A stretch of 64,000 nucleotides of DNA from the human T2T-CHM13v2.0 reference genome, Homo sapiens, in NCBI RefSeq assembly GCF_009914755.1, contig NC_060948.1. One strand, given 5' to 3'. The notes under the pieces were generated by a model. It was not told the origin of the DNA. It saw nothing but the letters and a program-made list of their open reading frames with translations, and did no database searches. The position numbers were made by a program, and so were the translations under genes. Position 1 is the first letter of the stretch. Each line of letters opens with the position of its first letter. This document shows positions 37,677 through 57,026 of this stretch, one piece after another.

Positions 37677-39804
37677 AGATCCATATTTTTTAAATGAAAA
37701 AAAATTTCAAAGGTACTCTGCTTGGTACAATAATCAAATGTATAAACTGAGGAATAAAACATAACCATGAAACCTACTTATAACTGCATATGGAAAATAC
37801 AGAGGATAATTTTTTAAATAACATATTTTGAAAGCCTTAACTAGTAATTTGAAGAGTTGGCATTTGAAAGGCCAGTATGAATATACCTTCAAAGCAGCAA
37901 CACAGGTTCCCCATGAGAAAAAGCAAACTCAGGGAAAATAAAACCACAAAGGTTCAATCTCTTCTGACCTTTGAAAGACACAGCACAGACAGTGGTCCTT
38001 AGGACGAAGAGCAGGAGACCCCTAATTCCGTCACCATGGCGATAGGGCATAAACATTGCTGGGTGAGGGCACAATCCACATTGTGAGGTCCAACTGCTGC
38101 CAGGAAGACAGGAGTGCTTTTACATAGACCGAAAGGTCATTGAAGGCTCAGAGTTTTGTTTCAAGAACTGAATCCCAAGCCCACACGTTATTAGGCTGCG
38201 CTTCTTAAAACAAGTTATGAGATGGGAAAAAGGGCACCCACAAACATACGTATACATTATGTATATAATAATATACAGTGTCATATATATAATATATATA
38301 ACCTATGTATAATATTGTTTTACATCCTGCATCTTATGTTATATATATTGTATAAAATATAATAATTGATAATATATAACTTTTATAATTATACAATATG
38401 ACATATAGTATATATTATAATTTATGACATATATAATATATGTTATATATCATATACAGAATATATTATACGGTTAATATACGTATTAAATATAAATTAT
38501 ACATTATATATATTATATATAATATATCTGTTATATATAATACCCATTATGCATAATATATATATTATGTCTATGTTATATATAGTATAAAACAACATAT
38601 AATAATATATAATTGTATATATAAAATGCGACATATAATATATATTATATTTTATAACATATGTAATATATATTATATATTATATATAATACGTTGTATG
38701 TATAATACCTATATTAAATATATATTATATGACTATGTTATTAATTACATGTCACATGTGTTATATATTATATATTTTACATAGAATATACCGGTTACAT
38801 ACAATATATACCATGTTACCTATAATGTATAATTTATTACATGTAAAATAAAGAATGCAATATATTATGTATAATTTATAATATACAATATGTGGAATGT
38901 GATATATATAACATATAATATATGATATATGATATACAGTATATGATATATAACATACAATATATGATTCCTAATATATATGGTATACAATATATATTTT
39001 ATGACATGTATTCTATATGTTTTATATTCTGTTATATATAACTATTTGAAATTATATTTAACTGTATAATATTTTATGTAAATATGTAATATAATATATA
39101 TAACTATATAATATATTATATATAACTATATATTATGTTATATATACTTTTATAACATAATTTACATAAAATATCATCATATAATATATATTATATTATT
39201 TCATATTACATAATATATATTACATATCACCCAATATAACTAACATACATAATATTATAATATAGATTATATTATGTTATATTAAATATCATATATATCA
39301 TGTATCATATATTCTATAATATATATTACACATTATATAATATGTATGTTGTCTATTATGTGATATATATAACTATATATATAATTATATTTTTATACAT
39401 ATAACTAGATAAACATGTAATTCTACATATTTTCATTTATAATATGTAGAAGTATATAATCATATATAATTATTTATATTCTATAAAAAATTTTATCATT
39501 ATATAAATTATACTATATAAAAATTATAATATGTACTACAAATATATATATTATATATCATATATGATATAGTACCTTTGTTATATATCATAATACATAT
39601 AAATGTGTATTATGTTATCTATAATTATATAATTTCATATATAAGATGTATAATATGTATCATATATTATATATGTTATGTAAAATATATAGTATATATA
39701 AGATGACACAGGATAAATATTATATACTATGACATATAAAATATATGAGCTTATATTTTACATATAAGGCATAGCACATAACATGTAATATATATCATAT
39801 ATAA

Positions 39805-40095
39805 TTTTTTTTAGACAGAATCTTGTCCTGTTGCACAGGGTGGGGTACAATGGCGCCATCTTTGCTCACTGCAACTTCTGCCTCACGGGTCCAAGCGATG
39901 GTCCTCCCTCAGCCTCCCAGGTAGCTGGGACTACACAACACTGGGACTACACCAGCTGCCACCATGCCTAGCTAATTTTTTGGATTTTTAGTAGTGACAG
40001 CGTTTCACTGTATTGGCCAGGATGGTCTTGATCTCTTCACCTTGTGATCCCCTTGCCTTGGCCTCCAAATTTGCTGGGATTACAGGCCTGAGCCA
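39805..40095 (-). mobile_element. Alu copy, unit 17
   Basis: Collinear with the other Alu copies. Confidence 0.95.
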
Positions 40096-42221
40096 AGATC
40101 CATATTTTTTAAATGAAAAAAAATTTCAAAGGTACTCTGCTTGGTACAATAATCAAATGTATAAACTGAGGAATAAAACATACCCATGAAACCTACTTAT
40201 AACTGCATATGGAAAATACAGAGGATAATTTTTTAAATAACATATTTTGAAAGCCTTAACTAGTAATTTGAAGAGTTGGCATTTGAAAGGCCAGTATGAA
40301 TATACCTTCAATGCAGCAACACAGGTTCCCCATGAGAAAAAGCAAACACAGGGAAAATAAAAACACAAAGGTTCAATCTCTTCTGACCTTTGAAAGACAC
40401 AGCACAGACAGTGGTCCTTAGGACGAAGAGCAGGAGACCCCTAATTCCGTCACCATGGCGATAGTGCATAAACATTGCTGGGTGAGGGCAAAATCCACAT
40501 TGTGAGGTCCAACTGCTGCCAGGAAGACAGGAGTGCTTTTACATAGACCGAAAGGTCATTGAAGGCTCAGAGTTTTGTTTCAAGAACTGAATCCCAAGCC
40601 CACACGTTATTAGGCTGCGCTTCTTAAAACAAGTTATGAGATGGGAAAAAGGGCACCCACAAACATACGTATACATTATGTATATAATAATATACAGTGT
40701 CATATATATAATATATATAACCTATGTATAATATTGTTTTACATCCTGCATCTTATGTTATATATATTGTATAAAATATAATAATTGATAATATATAACT
40801 TTTATAATTATACAATATGACATATAGTATATATTATAATTTATGACATATATAATATATGTTATATATCATATACAGAATATATTATACGGTTAATATA
40901 CGTATTAAATATAAATTATACATTATATATATTATATATAATATATCTGTTATATATAATACCCATTATGCATAATATATATATTATGTCTATGTTATAT
41001 ATAGTATAAAACAACATATAATAATATATAATTGTATATATAAATGCGACATATAATATATATTATATTTTATAACATATGTAATATATATTATATATTA
41101 TATATAATACGTTGTATGTATAATACCTATATTAAATATATATTATATGACTATGTTATTAATTACATGTCACATGTGTTATATATTATATATTTTACAT
41201 AGAATATACCGGTTACATACAATATATACCATGTTACCTATAATGTATAATTTATTACATGTAAAATAAAGAATGCAATATATTATGTATAATTTATAAT
41301 ATACAATATGTGGAATGTGATATATATAACATATAATATATGATAATGATATACAGTATATGATATATAACATACAATATATGATTCCTAATATATATGG
41401 TATACAATATATATTTTATGATAGGTATTCTATATGTTTTATATTCTGTTATATATAACTATTTGAAATTATATATAACTGTATAATATTTTATGTAAAT
41501 ATGTAATATAATATATATAACTATATAATATATTATATATAACTATATATTATGTTATATATACTTTTATAACATAATTTACATAAAATATCATAATATA
41601 ATATATATTATATTATTTCATATTACATAATATATATTACATATCACCCAATATAATTAACATACATAATATTATAATATAGATTATATTATGTTATATT
41701 AAATATCATATATATCATGTATCATATATTCTATAATATATATTACACATTATATAATATGTATGTTGTCTATTATGTGATATATATAACTATATATATA
41801 ATTAAATTTTTATACATATAACTAGATAAACATGTAATTCTACATATTTTCATTTATAATATGTAGAAGTATATAATCATATATAATTATTTATATTCTA
41901 TAAAAAATTTTATCATTATCTAAATTATAATATATAAAAATTATAATATGTACTACAAATATATATATTATATATCATATATGATATAGTACCTTTGTTA
42001 TATATCATAATTCATATAAATGTGTATTATGTTATCTATAATTATATAATTTCATATATAAGATGTATAATATGTATCATATATTATATATGTTATGTAA
42101 TATATATAGTATATATAAGATGACACAGGATAAATATTACATTCTATGACATATAAAATATATGAGGTTATATGTTACATATAAGGCATAGCACATAACA
42201 TGTAATATATATCATATATAA

Positions 42222-42513
42222 TTTTTTTTTAGACAGAATCTTGTCCTGTTGCACAGGGTGGGGTACAATGGCGCCATCTTTGCTCACTGCAACTTCTGCC
42301 TCACGGGTCCAAGCGATGGTCCTCCCTCAGCCTCCCAGGTAGCTGGGACTACACCACACTGGGACTACACCAGCTGCCACCATGCCTAGCTAATTTTTTG
42401 GATTTTTAGTAGTGACAGCCTTTCACTGTATTGGCCAGGATGGTCTTGATCTCTTCACCTTGTGATCCCCTTGCCTTGGCCTCCAAATTTGCTGGGATTA
42501 CAGGCCTGAGCCA
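42222..42513 (-). mobile_element. Alu copy, unit 18
   Basis: Collinear with the other Alu copies. Confidence 0.95.
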
Positions 42514-44618
42514 AGATCCATATTTTTTAAATGAAAAAAAATTTCAAAGGTACTCTGCTTGGTACAATAATCAAATGTATAAACTGAGGAATAAAACATA
42601 ACCATGAAACCTACTTATAACTGCATATGGAAAATACAGAGGATAATTTTTTAAATAACATATTTTGAAAGCCTTAACTAGTAATTTGAAGAGTTGGCAT
42701 TTGAAAGGCCAGTATGAATATACCTTCAATGCAGCAACACAGGTTCCCCATGAGAAAAAGCAAACACAGGGAAAATAAAAACACAAAGGTTCAATCTCTT
42801 CTGACCTTTGAAAGACACAGCACAGACAGTGGTCCTTAGGACGAAGAGCAGGAGACCCCTAATTCCGTCACCATGGCGATAGTGCATAAACATTGCTGGG
42901 TGAGGGCACAATCCACATTGTGAGGTCCAACTGCTGCCAGGAAGACAGGAGTGCTTTTACATAGACCGAAAGGTCATTGAAGGCTCAGAGTTTTGTTTCA
43001 AGAACTGAATCCCAAGCCCACACGTTATTAGGCTGCGCTTCTTAAAACAAGTTATGAGATGGGAAAAAGGGCACCCACAAACATACGTATACATTATGTA
43101 TATAATAATATACAGTGTCATATATATAATATATATAACCTATGTATAATATTGTTTTACATCCTGCATCTTATGTTATATATATTGTATAAAATATAAT
43201 AATTGATAATATATAAGTTTTATAATTATACAATATGACATATAGTATATATTATAATTTATGACATATATAATATATGTTATATATCATATACAGAATA
43301 TATTATACGGTTAATATACGTATTAAATATAAATTATACATTATATATATTATATATAATATATCTGTTATATATAATACCCGTTATGCATAATATATAT
43401 ATTATGTCTATGTTATATATAGTATAAAACAACATATAATAATATATAATTGTATATATAAAATGCGACATATAATATATATTATATTTTATAACATATG
43501 TAATATATATTATATATTATATATAATACGTTGTATGTATAATACCTATATTAAATATATATTATATGACTATGTTGTTAATTACATGTCACATGTGTTA
43601 TATATTATATATTTTACATAGAATATATCGGTTACATACAATATATACCATGTTACCTATAATGTATAATTTATTACATGTAAAATAAAGAATGCAATAT
43701 ATTATGTATAATTTATAATATACAATATGTGGAATGTGATATATATAACATATAATATATGATATATGATATACAGTATATGATATATAACATACAATAT
43801 ATGATTCCTAATATATATGGTATACAATATATATTTTATGATATGTATTCTGTATGTTTTATATTCTGTTATATATAACTATTTGAAATTATATATAACT
43901 GTATAATATTTTATGTAAATATGTAATATAATATATATAACTATATAATATATTATATATAACTATATATTATGTTATATATACTTTTATAACATAATTT
44001 ACATAAAATATCATAATATAATATATATTATATTATTTCATATTACATAATATATATTACATATCACCCAATATAACTAACATACATAATATTATAATAT
44101 AGATTATATTGTGTTATATTAAATATCATATATATCATGTATCATATATTCTATAATATATATTACACATTATATAATATGTATGTTGTCTATTATGTGA
44201 TATATATAACTATATATATAATTAAATTTTTATACATATAACTAGATAAACATGTAATTCTACATATTTTCATTTATAATATGTAGAAGTATATAATCAT
44301 ATATAATTATTTATATTCTATAAAAAATTTTATCATTATATAAATTATAATATATAAAAATTATAATATGTACTACAAATATATATATTATATATCATAT
44401 ATGATATAGTACCTTTGTTATATATCATAATACATATAAATGTGTATTATGTTATCTATAATTATATAATTTCATATATAAGATGTATAATATGTATCAT
44501 ATATTATATATGTTATGTAATATATATAGTATATATAAGATGACACAAGATAAATATTATATACTATGACATATAAAATATATGAGGTTATATGTTACAT
44601 ATAAGGCATAGCACATAA

Positions 44619-44933
<315 letters not shown>

Positions 44934-47060
44934 AGATCCATATTTTTTAAATGAAAAAAAATTTCAAAGGTACTCTGCTTGGTACAATAATCAAATGTAT
45001 AAACTGAGGAATAAAACATAACCATGAAACCTACTTATAACTGCATATGGAAAATACAGAGGATAATTTTTTAAATAACATATTTTGAAAGCCTTAACTA
45101 GTAATTTGAAGAGTTGGCATTTGAAAGGCCAGTATGAATATACCTTCAAAGCAGCAACACAGGTTCCCCATGAGAAAAAGCAAACACAGGGAAAATAAAA
45201 ACACAAAGGTTCAATCTCTTCTGACCTTTGAAAGACACAGCACAGACAGTGGTCCTTAGGACGAAGAGCAGGAGACCCCTAATTCCGTCACCATGGCGAT
45301 AGGGCATAAACATTGCTGGGTGAGGGCACAATCCACATTGTGAGGTCCAACTGCTGCCAGGAAGACAGGAGTGCTTTTACATGGACCGAAAGGTCATTGA
45401 AGGCTCAGAGTTTTGTTTCAACAACTGAATCCCAAGCCCACACGTTATTAGGCTGCGCTTCTTAAAACAAGTTATGAGATGGGAAAAAGGGCACCCACAA
45501 ACATACGTATACATTATGTATATAATAATATAGAGTGTCATATATATAATATATATAACCTATGTATAATATTGTTTTACATCCTGCATCTTATGTTATA
45601 TATATTGTATAAAATATAATAATTGATAATATATAAGTTTTATAATTATACAATATGACATATAGTATATATTATAATTTATGACATATATAATATATGT
45701 TATATATCATATACAGAATATATTATATGGTTAATATACGTATTAAATATAAATTATACATTATATATATTATATATAATATATCTGTTATATATAATAC
45801 CCATTATGCATAATATATATATTATGTCTATGTTATATATAGTATAAAACAACATATAATAATATATAATTGTATATATAAATGCGACATATAATATATA
45901 TTATATTTTATAACATATGTAATATATATTATATATTATATATAATACGTTGTATGTATAATACCTATATTAAATATATATTATATGACTATGTTATTAA
46001 TTACATGTCACATGTGTTATATATTATATATTTTACATAGAATATACCGGTTACATACAATATATACCATGTTACCTATAATGTATAATTTATTACATGT
46101 AAAATAAAGAATGCAATATATTATGTATAATTTATAATATACAATATGTGGAATGTGATATATATAACATATAATATATGATATATGATATACAGTATAT
46201 GATATATAACATACAATATATGATTCCTAATATATATGGTATACAATATATATTTTATGATATGTATTCTATATGTTTTATATTCTGTTATATATAACTA
46301 TTTGAAATTATATATAACTGTATAATATTTTATGTAAATATGTAATATAATATATATAACTATATAATATATTATATATAACTATATATTATGTTATATA
46401 TACTTTTATAACATAATTTACATAAAATATCATAATATAATATATATTATATTATTTCATATTACATAATATATATTACATATCACCCAATATAACTAAC
46501 ATACATAATATTATAATATAGATTATATTATGTTATATTAAATATCATATATATCATGTATCATATATTCTATAATATATATTACACATTATATAATATG
46601 TATGTTGTCTATTATGTGATATATATAACTCTATATATAATTATATTTTTATACATATAACTAGATAAACATGTAATTCTACATATTTTCATTTATAACA
46701 TGTAGAATTATATAATCATATATAATTATTTATATTCTATAAAAAATTTTATCATTATATAAATTATAATATATAAAAATTATAATATGTACTACAAATA
46801 TATATATTATATATCATATATGATATAGTACCTTTGTTATATATCATAATACATATAAATGTGTATTATGTTATCTATAATTATATAATTTCATATATAA
46901 GATGTATAATATGTATCATATATTATACATGTTATGTAATATATATAGTATATATAAGATGACACAGGATAAATATTATATACTATGACATATAAAATAT
47001 ATGAGCTTATATTTTACATATAAGGCATAGCACATAACATGTAATATATATCATATATAA

Positions 47061-47352
47061 TTTTTTTTTAGACAGAATCTTGTCCTGTTGCACAGGGTGG
47101 GGTACAATGGCGCCATCTTTGCTCACTGCAACTTCTGCCTCACGGGTCCAAGCGATGGTCCTCCCTCAGCCTCCCAGGTAGCTGGGACTACACCACACTG
47201 GGACTACACCAGCTGCCACCATGCCTAGCTAATTTTTTGGATTTTTAGTAGTGACAGCGTTTCACTGTATTGGCCAGGATGGTCTTGATCTCTTCACCTT
47301 GTGATCCCCTTGCCTTGGCCTCCAAATTTGCTGGGATTACAGGCCTGAGCCA
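47061..47352 (-). mobile_element. Alu copy, unit 20
   Basis: Collinear with the other Alu copies. Confidence 0.95.
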
Positions 47353-49480
47353 AGATCCATATTTTTTAAATGAAAAAAAATTTCAAAGGTACTCTGCTTG
47401 GTACAATAATCAAATGTATAAACTGAGGAATAAAACATACCCATGAAACCTACTTATAACTGCATATGGAAAATACAGAGGATAATTTTTTAAATAACAT
47501 ATTTTGAAAGCCTTAACTAGTAATTTGAAGAGTTGGCATTTGAAAGGCCAGTATGAATATACCTTCAATGCAGCAACACAGGTTCTCCATGAGAAAAAGC
47601 AAACACAGGGAAAATAAAAACACAAAGGTTCAATCTCTTCTGACCTTTGAAAGACACAGCACAGACAGTGGTCCTTAGGACGAAGAGCAGGAGACCCCTA
47701 ATTCCGTCACCATGGCGATAGGGCATAAACATTGCTGGGTGAGGGCACAATCCACATTGTGAGGTCCAACTGCTGCCAGGAAGACAGGAGTGCTTTTACA
47801 TAGACCGAAAGGTCATTGAAGGCTCAGAGTTTTGTTTCAAGAACTGAATCCCAAGCCCACACGTTATTAGGCTGCGCTTCTTAAAACAAGTTATGAGATG
47901 GGAAAAAGGGCACCCACAAACATACGTATACATTATGTATATAATAATATACAGTGTCATATATATAATATATATAACCTATGTATAATATTGTTTTACA
48001 TCCTGCACCTTATGTTATATATATTGTATAAAATATAATAATTGATAATATATAAGTTTTATAATTATACAATATGACATATAGTATATATTATAATTTA
48101 TGACATATATAATATATGTTATATATCATATACAGAATATATTATACGGTTAATATACGTATTAAATATAAATTATACATTATATATATTATATATAATA
48201 TATCTGTTATATATAATACCCGTTATGCATAATATATATATTATGTCTATGTTATATATAGTATAAAACAACATATAATAATATATAATTGTATATATAA
48301 AATGCGACATATAATATATATTATATTTTATAACATATGTAATATATCTTATATATTATATATAATACGTTGTATGTATAATACCTATATTAAATATATA
48401 TTATATGACTATGTTATTAATTACATGTCACATGTGTTATATATTATATATTTTACATAGAATATACCGGTTACATACAATATATACCATGTTACCTATA
48501 ATGTATAATTTATTACATGTAAAATAAAGAATGCAATATATTATGTATAATTTATAATATACAATATGTGGAATGTGATATATATAACATATAATATATG
48601 ATATATGATATACAGTATATGATATATAACATACAATATATGATTCCTAATATATATGGTATACAATATATATTTTATGATATGTATTCTGTATGTTTTA
48701 TATTCTGTTATATATAACTATTTGAAATTATATATAACTGTATAATATTTTATGTAAATATATAATATAATATATATAACTATATAATATATTATATATA
48801 ACTATATATTATGTTATATATACTTTTATAACATAATTTACATAAAATATCATAATATAATATATATTATATTATTTCATATTACATAATATATATTACA
48901 TATCACCGAATATAACTAACATACATAATATTATAATATAGATTATATTATGTTATATTAAATATCATATATATCATGTATCATATATTCTATAATATAT
49001 ATTACACATTATATAATATGTATGTTGTCTATTATGTGATATATATAACTATATATATAATTATATTTTTATACATATAACTAGATAAACATGTAATTCT
49101 ACATATTTTCATTTATAATATGTAGAAGTATATAATCATATATAATTATTTATATTCTATAAAAAATTTTATCATTATCTAAATTATAATATATAAAAAT
49201 TATAATATGTACTACAAATATATATATTATATATCATATATGATATAGTACCTTTGTTATATATCATAATACATATAAATGTGTATTATGTTATCTATAA
49301 TTATATAATTTCATATATAAGATGTATAATATGTATCATATATTATATATGTTATGTAATATATATAGTATATATAAGATGACACAGGATAAATATTACA
49401 TTCTATGACATATAAAATATATGAGGTTATATGTTACATATAAGGCATAGCACATAACATGTAATATATATCATATATAA

Positions 49481-49772
49481 TTTTTTTTTAGACAGAATCT
49501 TGTCCTGTTGCACAGGGTGGGGTAAAATGGCGCCATCTTTGCTCACTGCAACTTCTGCCTCACGGGTCCAAGCGATTGTCCTCCCTCAGCCTCCCAGGTA
49601 GCTGGGACTACACCACACTGGGACTACACCAGCTGCCACCATGCCTAGCTAATTTTTTGGATTTTTAGTAGTGACAGCCTTTCACTGTATTGGCCAGGAT
49701 GGTCTTGATCTCTTCACCTTGTGATCCCCTTGCCTTGGCCTCCAAATTTGCTGGGATTACAGGCCTGAGCCA
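49481..49772 (-). mobile_element. Alu copy, unit 21
   Basis: Collinear with the other Alu copies. Confidence 0.95.
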
Positions 49773-51877
49773 AGATCCATATTTTTTAAATGAAAAAAAA
49801 TTTCAAAGGTACTCTGCTTGGTACAATAATCAAATGTATAAACTGAGGAATAAAACATAACCATGAAACCTACTTATAACTGCATATGGAAAATACAGAG
49901 GATAATTTTTTAAATAACATATTTTGAAAGCCTTAACTAGTAATTTGAAGAGTTGGCATTTGAAAGGCCAGTATGAATATACCTTCAATGCAGCAACACA
50001 GGTTCCCCATGAGAAAAAGCAAACACAGGGAAAATAAAAACACAAAGGTTCAATCTCTTCTGACCTTTGAAAGACACAGCACAGACAGTGGTCCTTAGGA
50101 CGAAGAGCAGGAGACCCCTAATTCCGTCACCATGGCGATAGTGCATAAACATTGCTGGGTGAGGGCACAATCCACATTGTGAGGTCCAACTGCTGCCAGG
50201 AAGACAGGAGTGCTTTTACATAGACCGAAAGGTCATTGAAGGCTCAGAGTTTTGTTTCAAGAACTGAATCCCAAGCCCACACGTTATTAGGCTGCGCTTC
50301 TTAAAACAAGTTATGAGATGGGAAAAAGGGCACCCACAAACATACGTATACATTATGTATATAATAATATACAGTGTCATATATATAATATATATAACCT
50401 ATGTATAATATTGTTTTACATCCTGCATCTTATGTTATATATATTGTATAAAATATAATAATTGATAATATATAAGTTTTATAATTATACAATATGACAT
50501 ATAGTATATATTATAATTTATGACATATATAATATATGTTATATATCATATACAGAATATATTATACGGTTAATATACGTATTAAATATAAATTATACAT
50601 TATATATATTATATATAATATATCTGTTATATATAATACCCGTTATGCATAATATATATATTATGTCTATGTTATATATAGTATAAAACAACATATAATA
50701 ATATATAATTGTATATATAAAATGCGACATATAATATATATTATATTTTATAACATATGTAATATATATTATATATTATATATAATACGTTGTATGTATA
50801 ATACCTATATTAAATATATATTATATGACTATGTTGTTAATTACATGTCACATGTGTTATATATTATATATTTTACATAGAATATACCGGTTACATACAA
50901 TATATACCATGTTACCTATAATGTATAATTTATTACATGTAAAATAAAGAATGCAATATATTATGTATAATTTATAATATACAATATGTGGAATGTGATA
51001 TATATAACATATAATATATGATATATGATATACAGTATATGATATATAACATACAATATATGATTCCTAATATATATGGTATACAATATATATTTTATGA
51101 TATGTATTCTGTATGTTTTATATTCTGTTATATATAACTATTTGAAATTATATATAACTGTATAATATTTTATGTAAATATGTAATATAATATATATAAC
51201 TATGTAATATATTATATATAACTATATATTATGTTATATATACTTTTATAACATAATTTACATAAAATATCATAATATAATATATATTATATTATTTCAT
51301 ATTACATAATATATATTACATATCACCCAATATAATTAACATACATAATATTATAATATAGATTATATTATGTTATATTAAATATCATATATATCATGTA
51401 TCATATATTCTATAATATATATTACACATTATATAATATGTATGTTGTCTATTATGTGATATATATAACTATATATATAATTATATTTTTATACATATAA
51501 CTAGATAAACATGTAATTCTACATATTTTCATTTATAATATGTAGAAGTATATAATCATATATAATTATTTATATTCTATAAAAAATTTTATCATTATCT
51601 AAATTATAATATATAAAAATTATAATATGTACTACAAATATATATATTATATATCATATATGATATAGTACCTTTGTTATATATCATAATACATATAAAT
51701 GTGTATTATGTTATCTATAATTATATAATTTCATATATAAGATGTATAATATGTATCATATATTATATATGTTATGTAATATATATAGTATATATAAGAT
51801 GACACAGGATAAATATTACATTCTATGACATATAAAATATATGAGGTTATATGTTACATATAAGGCATAGCACATAA

Positions 51878-52191
<314 letters not shown>

Positions 52192-54294
52192 AGATCCATA
52201 TTTTTTAAATGAAAAAAAATTTCAAAGGTACTCTGCTTGGTACAATAATCAAATGTATAAACTGAGGAATAAAACATAACCATGAAACCTACTTATAACT
52301 GCATATGGAAAATACAGAGGATAATTTTTTAAATAACATATTTTGAAAGCCTTAACTAGTAATTTGAAGAGTTGGCATTTGAAAGGCCAGTATGAATATA
52401 CCTTCAATGCAGCAACACAGGTTCCCCATGAGAAAAAGCAAACACAGGGAAAATAAAAACACAAAGGTTCAATCTCTTCTGACCTTTGAAAGACACAGCA
52501 CAGACAGTGGTACTTAGGACGAAGAGCAGGAGACCCCTAATTCCGTCACCATGGCGATAGTGCATAAACATTGCTGGGTGAGGGCACAATCCACATTGTG
52601 AGGTCCAACTGCTGCCAGGAAGACAGGAGTGCTTTCACATAGACCGAAAGGTCATTGAAGGCTCAGAGTTTTGTTTCAAGAACTGAATCCCAAGCCCACA
52701 CGTTATTAGGCTGCGCTTCTTAAAACAAGTTATGAGATGGGAAAAAGGGCACCCACAAACATACGTATACATTATGTATATAATAATATACAGTGTCATA
52801 TATATAATATATATAACCTATGTATAATATTGTTTTACATCCTGCATCTTATGTTATATATATTGTATAAAATATAATAATTGATAATATATAAGTTTTA
52901 TAATTATACAATATGACATATAGTATATATTATAATTTATGACATATATAATATATGTTATATATCATATACAGAATATATTATACGGTTAATATACGTA
53001 TTAAATATAAATTATACATTATATATATTATATATAATATATCTGTTATATATAATACCCGTTATGCATAATATATATATTATGTCTATGTTATATATAG
53101 TATAAAACAACATATAATAATATATAATTGTATATATAAAATGCGACATATAATATATATTATATTTTATAACATATGTAATATATATTATATATTATAT
53201 ATAATACGTTGTATGTATAATACCTATATTAAATATATATTATATGACTATGTTATTAATTACATGTCACATGTGTTATATATTATATATTTTACATAGA
53301 ATATACCGGTTACATACAATATATACCATGTTACCTATAATGTATAATTTATTACATGTAAAATAAAGAATGCAATATATTATGTATAATTTATAATATA
53401 CAATATGTGGAATGTGATATATATAACATATAATATATGATATATGATATACAGTATATGATATATAACATACAATATATGATTCCTAATATATATGGTA
53501 TACAATATATATTTTATGATATGTATTCTGTATGTTTTATATTCTGTTATATATAACTATTTGAAATTATATATAACTGTATAATATTTTATGTAAATAT
53601 GTAATATAATATATATAACTATATAATATATTATATATAACTATATATTATGTTATATATACTTTTATAACATAATTTACATAAAATATCATAATATAAT
53701 ATATATTATATTATTTCATATTACATAATATATATTACATATCACCCAATATAACTAACATACATAATATTATAATATAGATTATATTGTGTTATATTAA
53801 ATATCATATATATCATGTATCATATATTCTATAATATATATTACACATTATATAATATGTATGTTGTCTATTATGTGATATATATAACTATATATAATTA
53901 TATTTTTATACATATAACTAGATAAACATGTAATTCTACATATTTTCATTTATAATATGTAGAAGTATATAATCATATATAAATATTTATATTCTATAAA
54001 AAATTTTATCATTATATAAATTATAATATATAAAAATTATAATATGTACTACAAATATATATATTATCTATCATATAAGATATAGTACCTTTGTTATATA
54101 TCATAATACATATAAATGTGTATTATGTTATCTATAATTATATAATTTCATATATAAGATGTATAATATGTATCATATATTATATATGTTATGTAATATA
54201 TATAGTATATATAAGATGACACAGGATAAATATTACATTCTATGACATATAAAATATATGAGGTTATATGTTACATATAAGGCATAGCACATAG

Positions 54295-54609
<315 letters not shown>

Positions 54610-56711
54610 AGATCCATATTTTTTAAATGAAAAAAAATTTCAAAGGTACTCTGCTTGGTACAATAATCAAATGTATAAACTGAGGAATAAAACATAACCA
54701 TGAAACCTACTTATAACTGCATATGGAAAATACAGAGGATAATTTTTTAAATAACATAGTTTGAAAGCCTTAACTAGTAATTTGAAGAGTTGGCATTTGA
54801 AAGGCCAGTATGAATATACCTTCAAAGCAGCAACACAGGTTCCCCATGAGAAAAAGCAAACACAGGGAAAATAAAAACACAAAGGTTCAATCTCTTCTGA
54901 CCTTTGAAAGACACAGCACAGACAGTGGTCCTTAGGACGAAGAGCAGGAGACCCCTAATTCCGTCACCATGGCGATAGGGCATAAACATTGCTGGGTGAG
55001 GGCACAATCCACATTGTGAGGTCCAACTGCTGCCAGGAAGACAGGAGTGCTTTTACATAGACCGAAAGGTCATTGAAGGCTCAGAGTTTTGTTTCAAGAA
55101 CTGAATCCCAAGCCCACACGTTATTAGGCTGCGTTTCTTAAAACAAGTTATGAGATGGGAAAAAGGGCACCCACAAACATACGTATACATTATGTATATA
55201 ATAATATACAGTGTCATATATATAATATATATAACCTATGTATAATATTGTTTTACATCCTGCATCTTATGTTATATATATTGTATAAAATATAATAATT
55301 GATAATATATAACTTTTATAATTATACAATATGACATATAGTATATATTATAATTTATGACATATATAATATATGTTATATATCATATACAGAATATACT
55401 ATACGGTTAATATACGTATTAAATATAAATTATACATTATATATATTATATATAATATATCTGTTATATATAATACCCATTATGCATAATATATATATTA
55501 TGTCTATGTTATATATAGTATAAAACAACATATAATAATATATAATTGTATATATAAATGCGACATATAATATATATTATATTTTATGACATATGTAATA
55601 TATATTATATATTATATATAATACGTTGTATGTATAATACCTATATTAAATATATATTATATGACTATGTTATTAATTACATGTCACATGTGTTATATAT
55701 TATATATTTTACATAGAATATACCGGTTACATACAATATATACCATGTTACCTATAATGTATAATTTATTACATGTAAAATAAAGAATGCAATATATTAT
55801 GTATAATTTATAATATACAATATGTGGAATGTGATATATATAACATATAATATATGATATATGATATACAGTATATGATATATAACATACAATATATGAT
55901 TCCTAATATATATGGTATACAATATATATTTTATGATATGTATTCTGTATGTTTTATATTCTGTTATATATAACTATTTGAAATTATATATAACTGTATA
56001 ATATTTTATGTAAATATGTAATATAATATATATAACTATATAATATATTATATATAACTATATATTATGTTATATATACTTTTATAACATAATTTACATA
56101 AAATATCATAATATAATATATATTATATTATTTCATATTACATAATATATATTACATATCACCCAATATAACTAACATACATAATATTATAATATAGATT
56201 ATATTATGTTATATTAAATATCATATATATCATGTATCATATATTCTATAATATATATTACACATTATATAATATGTATGTTGTCTATTATGTGATATAT
56301 ATAACTATATATAATTATATTTTTATACATATAACTAGATAAACATGTAATTCTACATATTTTCATTTATAATATGTAGAAGTATATAATCATATATAAT
56401 TATTTATATTCTATAAAAAATTTTATCATTATATAAATTATAATATATAAAAATTATAATATGTACTACAAATATATATATTATCTATCATATATGATAT
56501 AGTACCTTTGTTATATATCATAATACATATAAATGTGTATTATGTTATCTATAATTATATAATTTCATATATAAGATGTATAATATGTATCATATATTAT
56601 ATATGTTATGTAATATATATAGTATATATAAGATGACACAGGATAAATATTACATTCTATGACATATAAAATATATGAGGTTATATGTTACATATAAGGC
56701 ATAGCACATAA

Positions 56712-57026
<315 letters not shown>
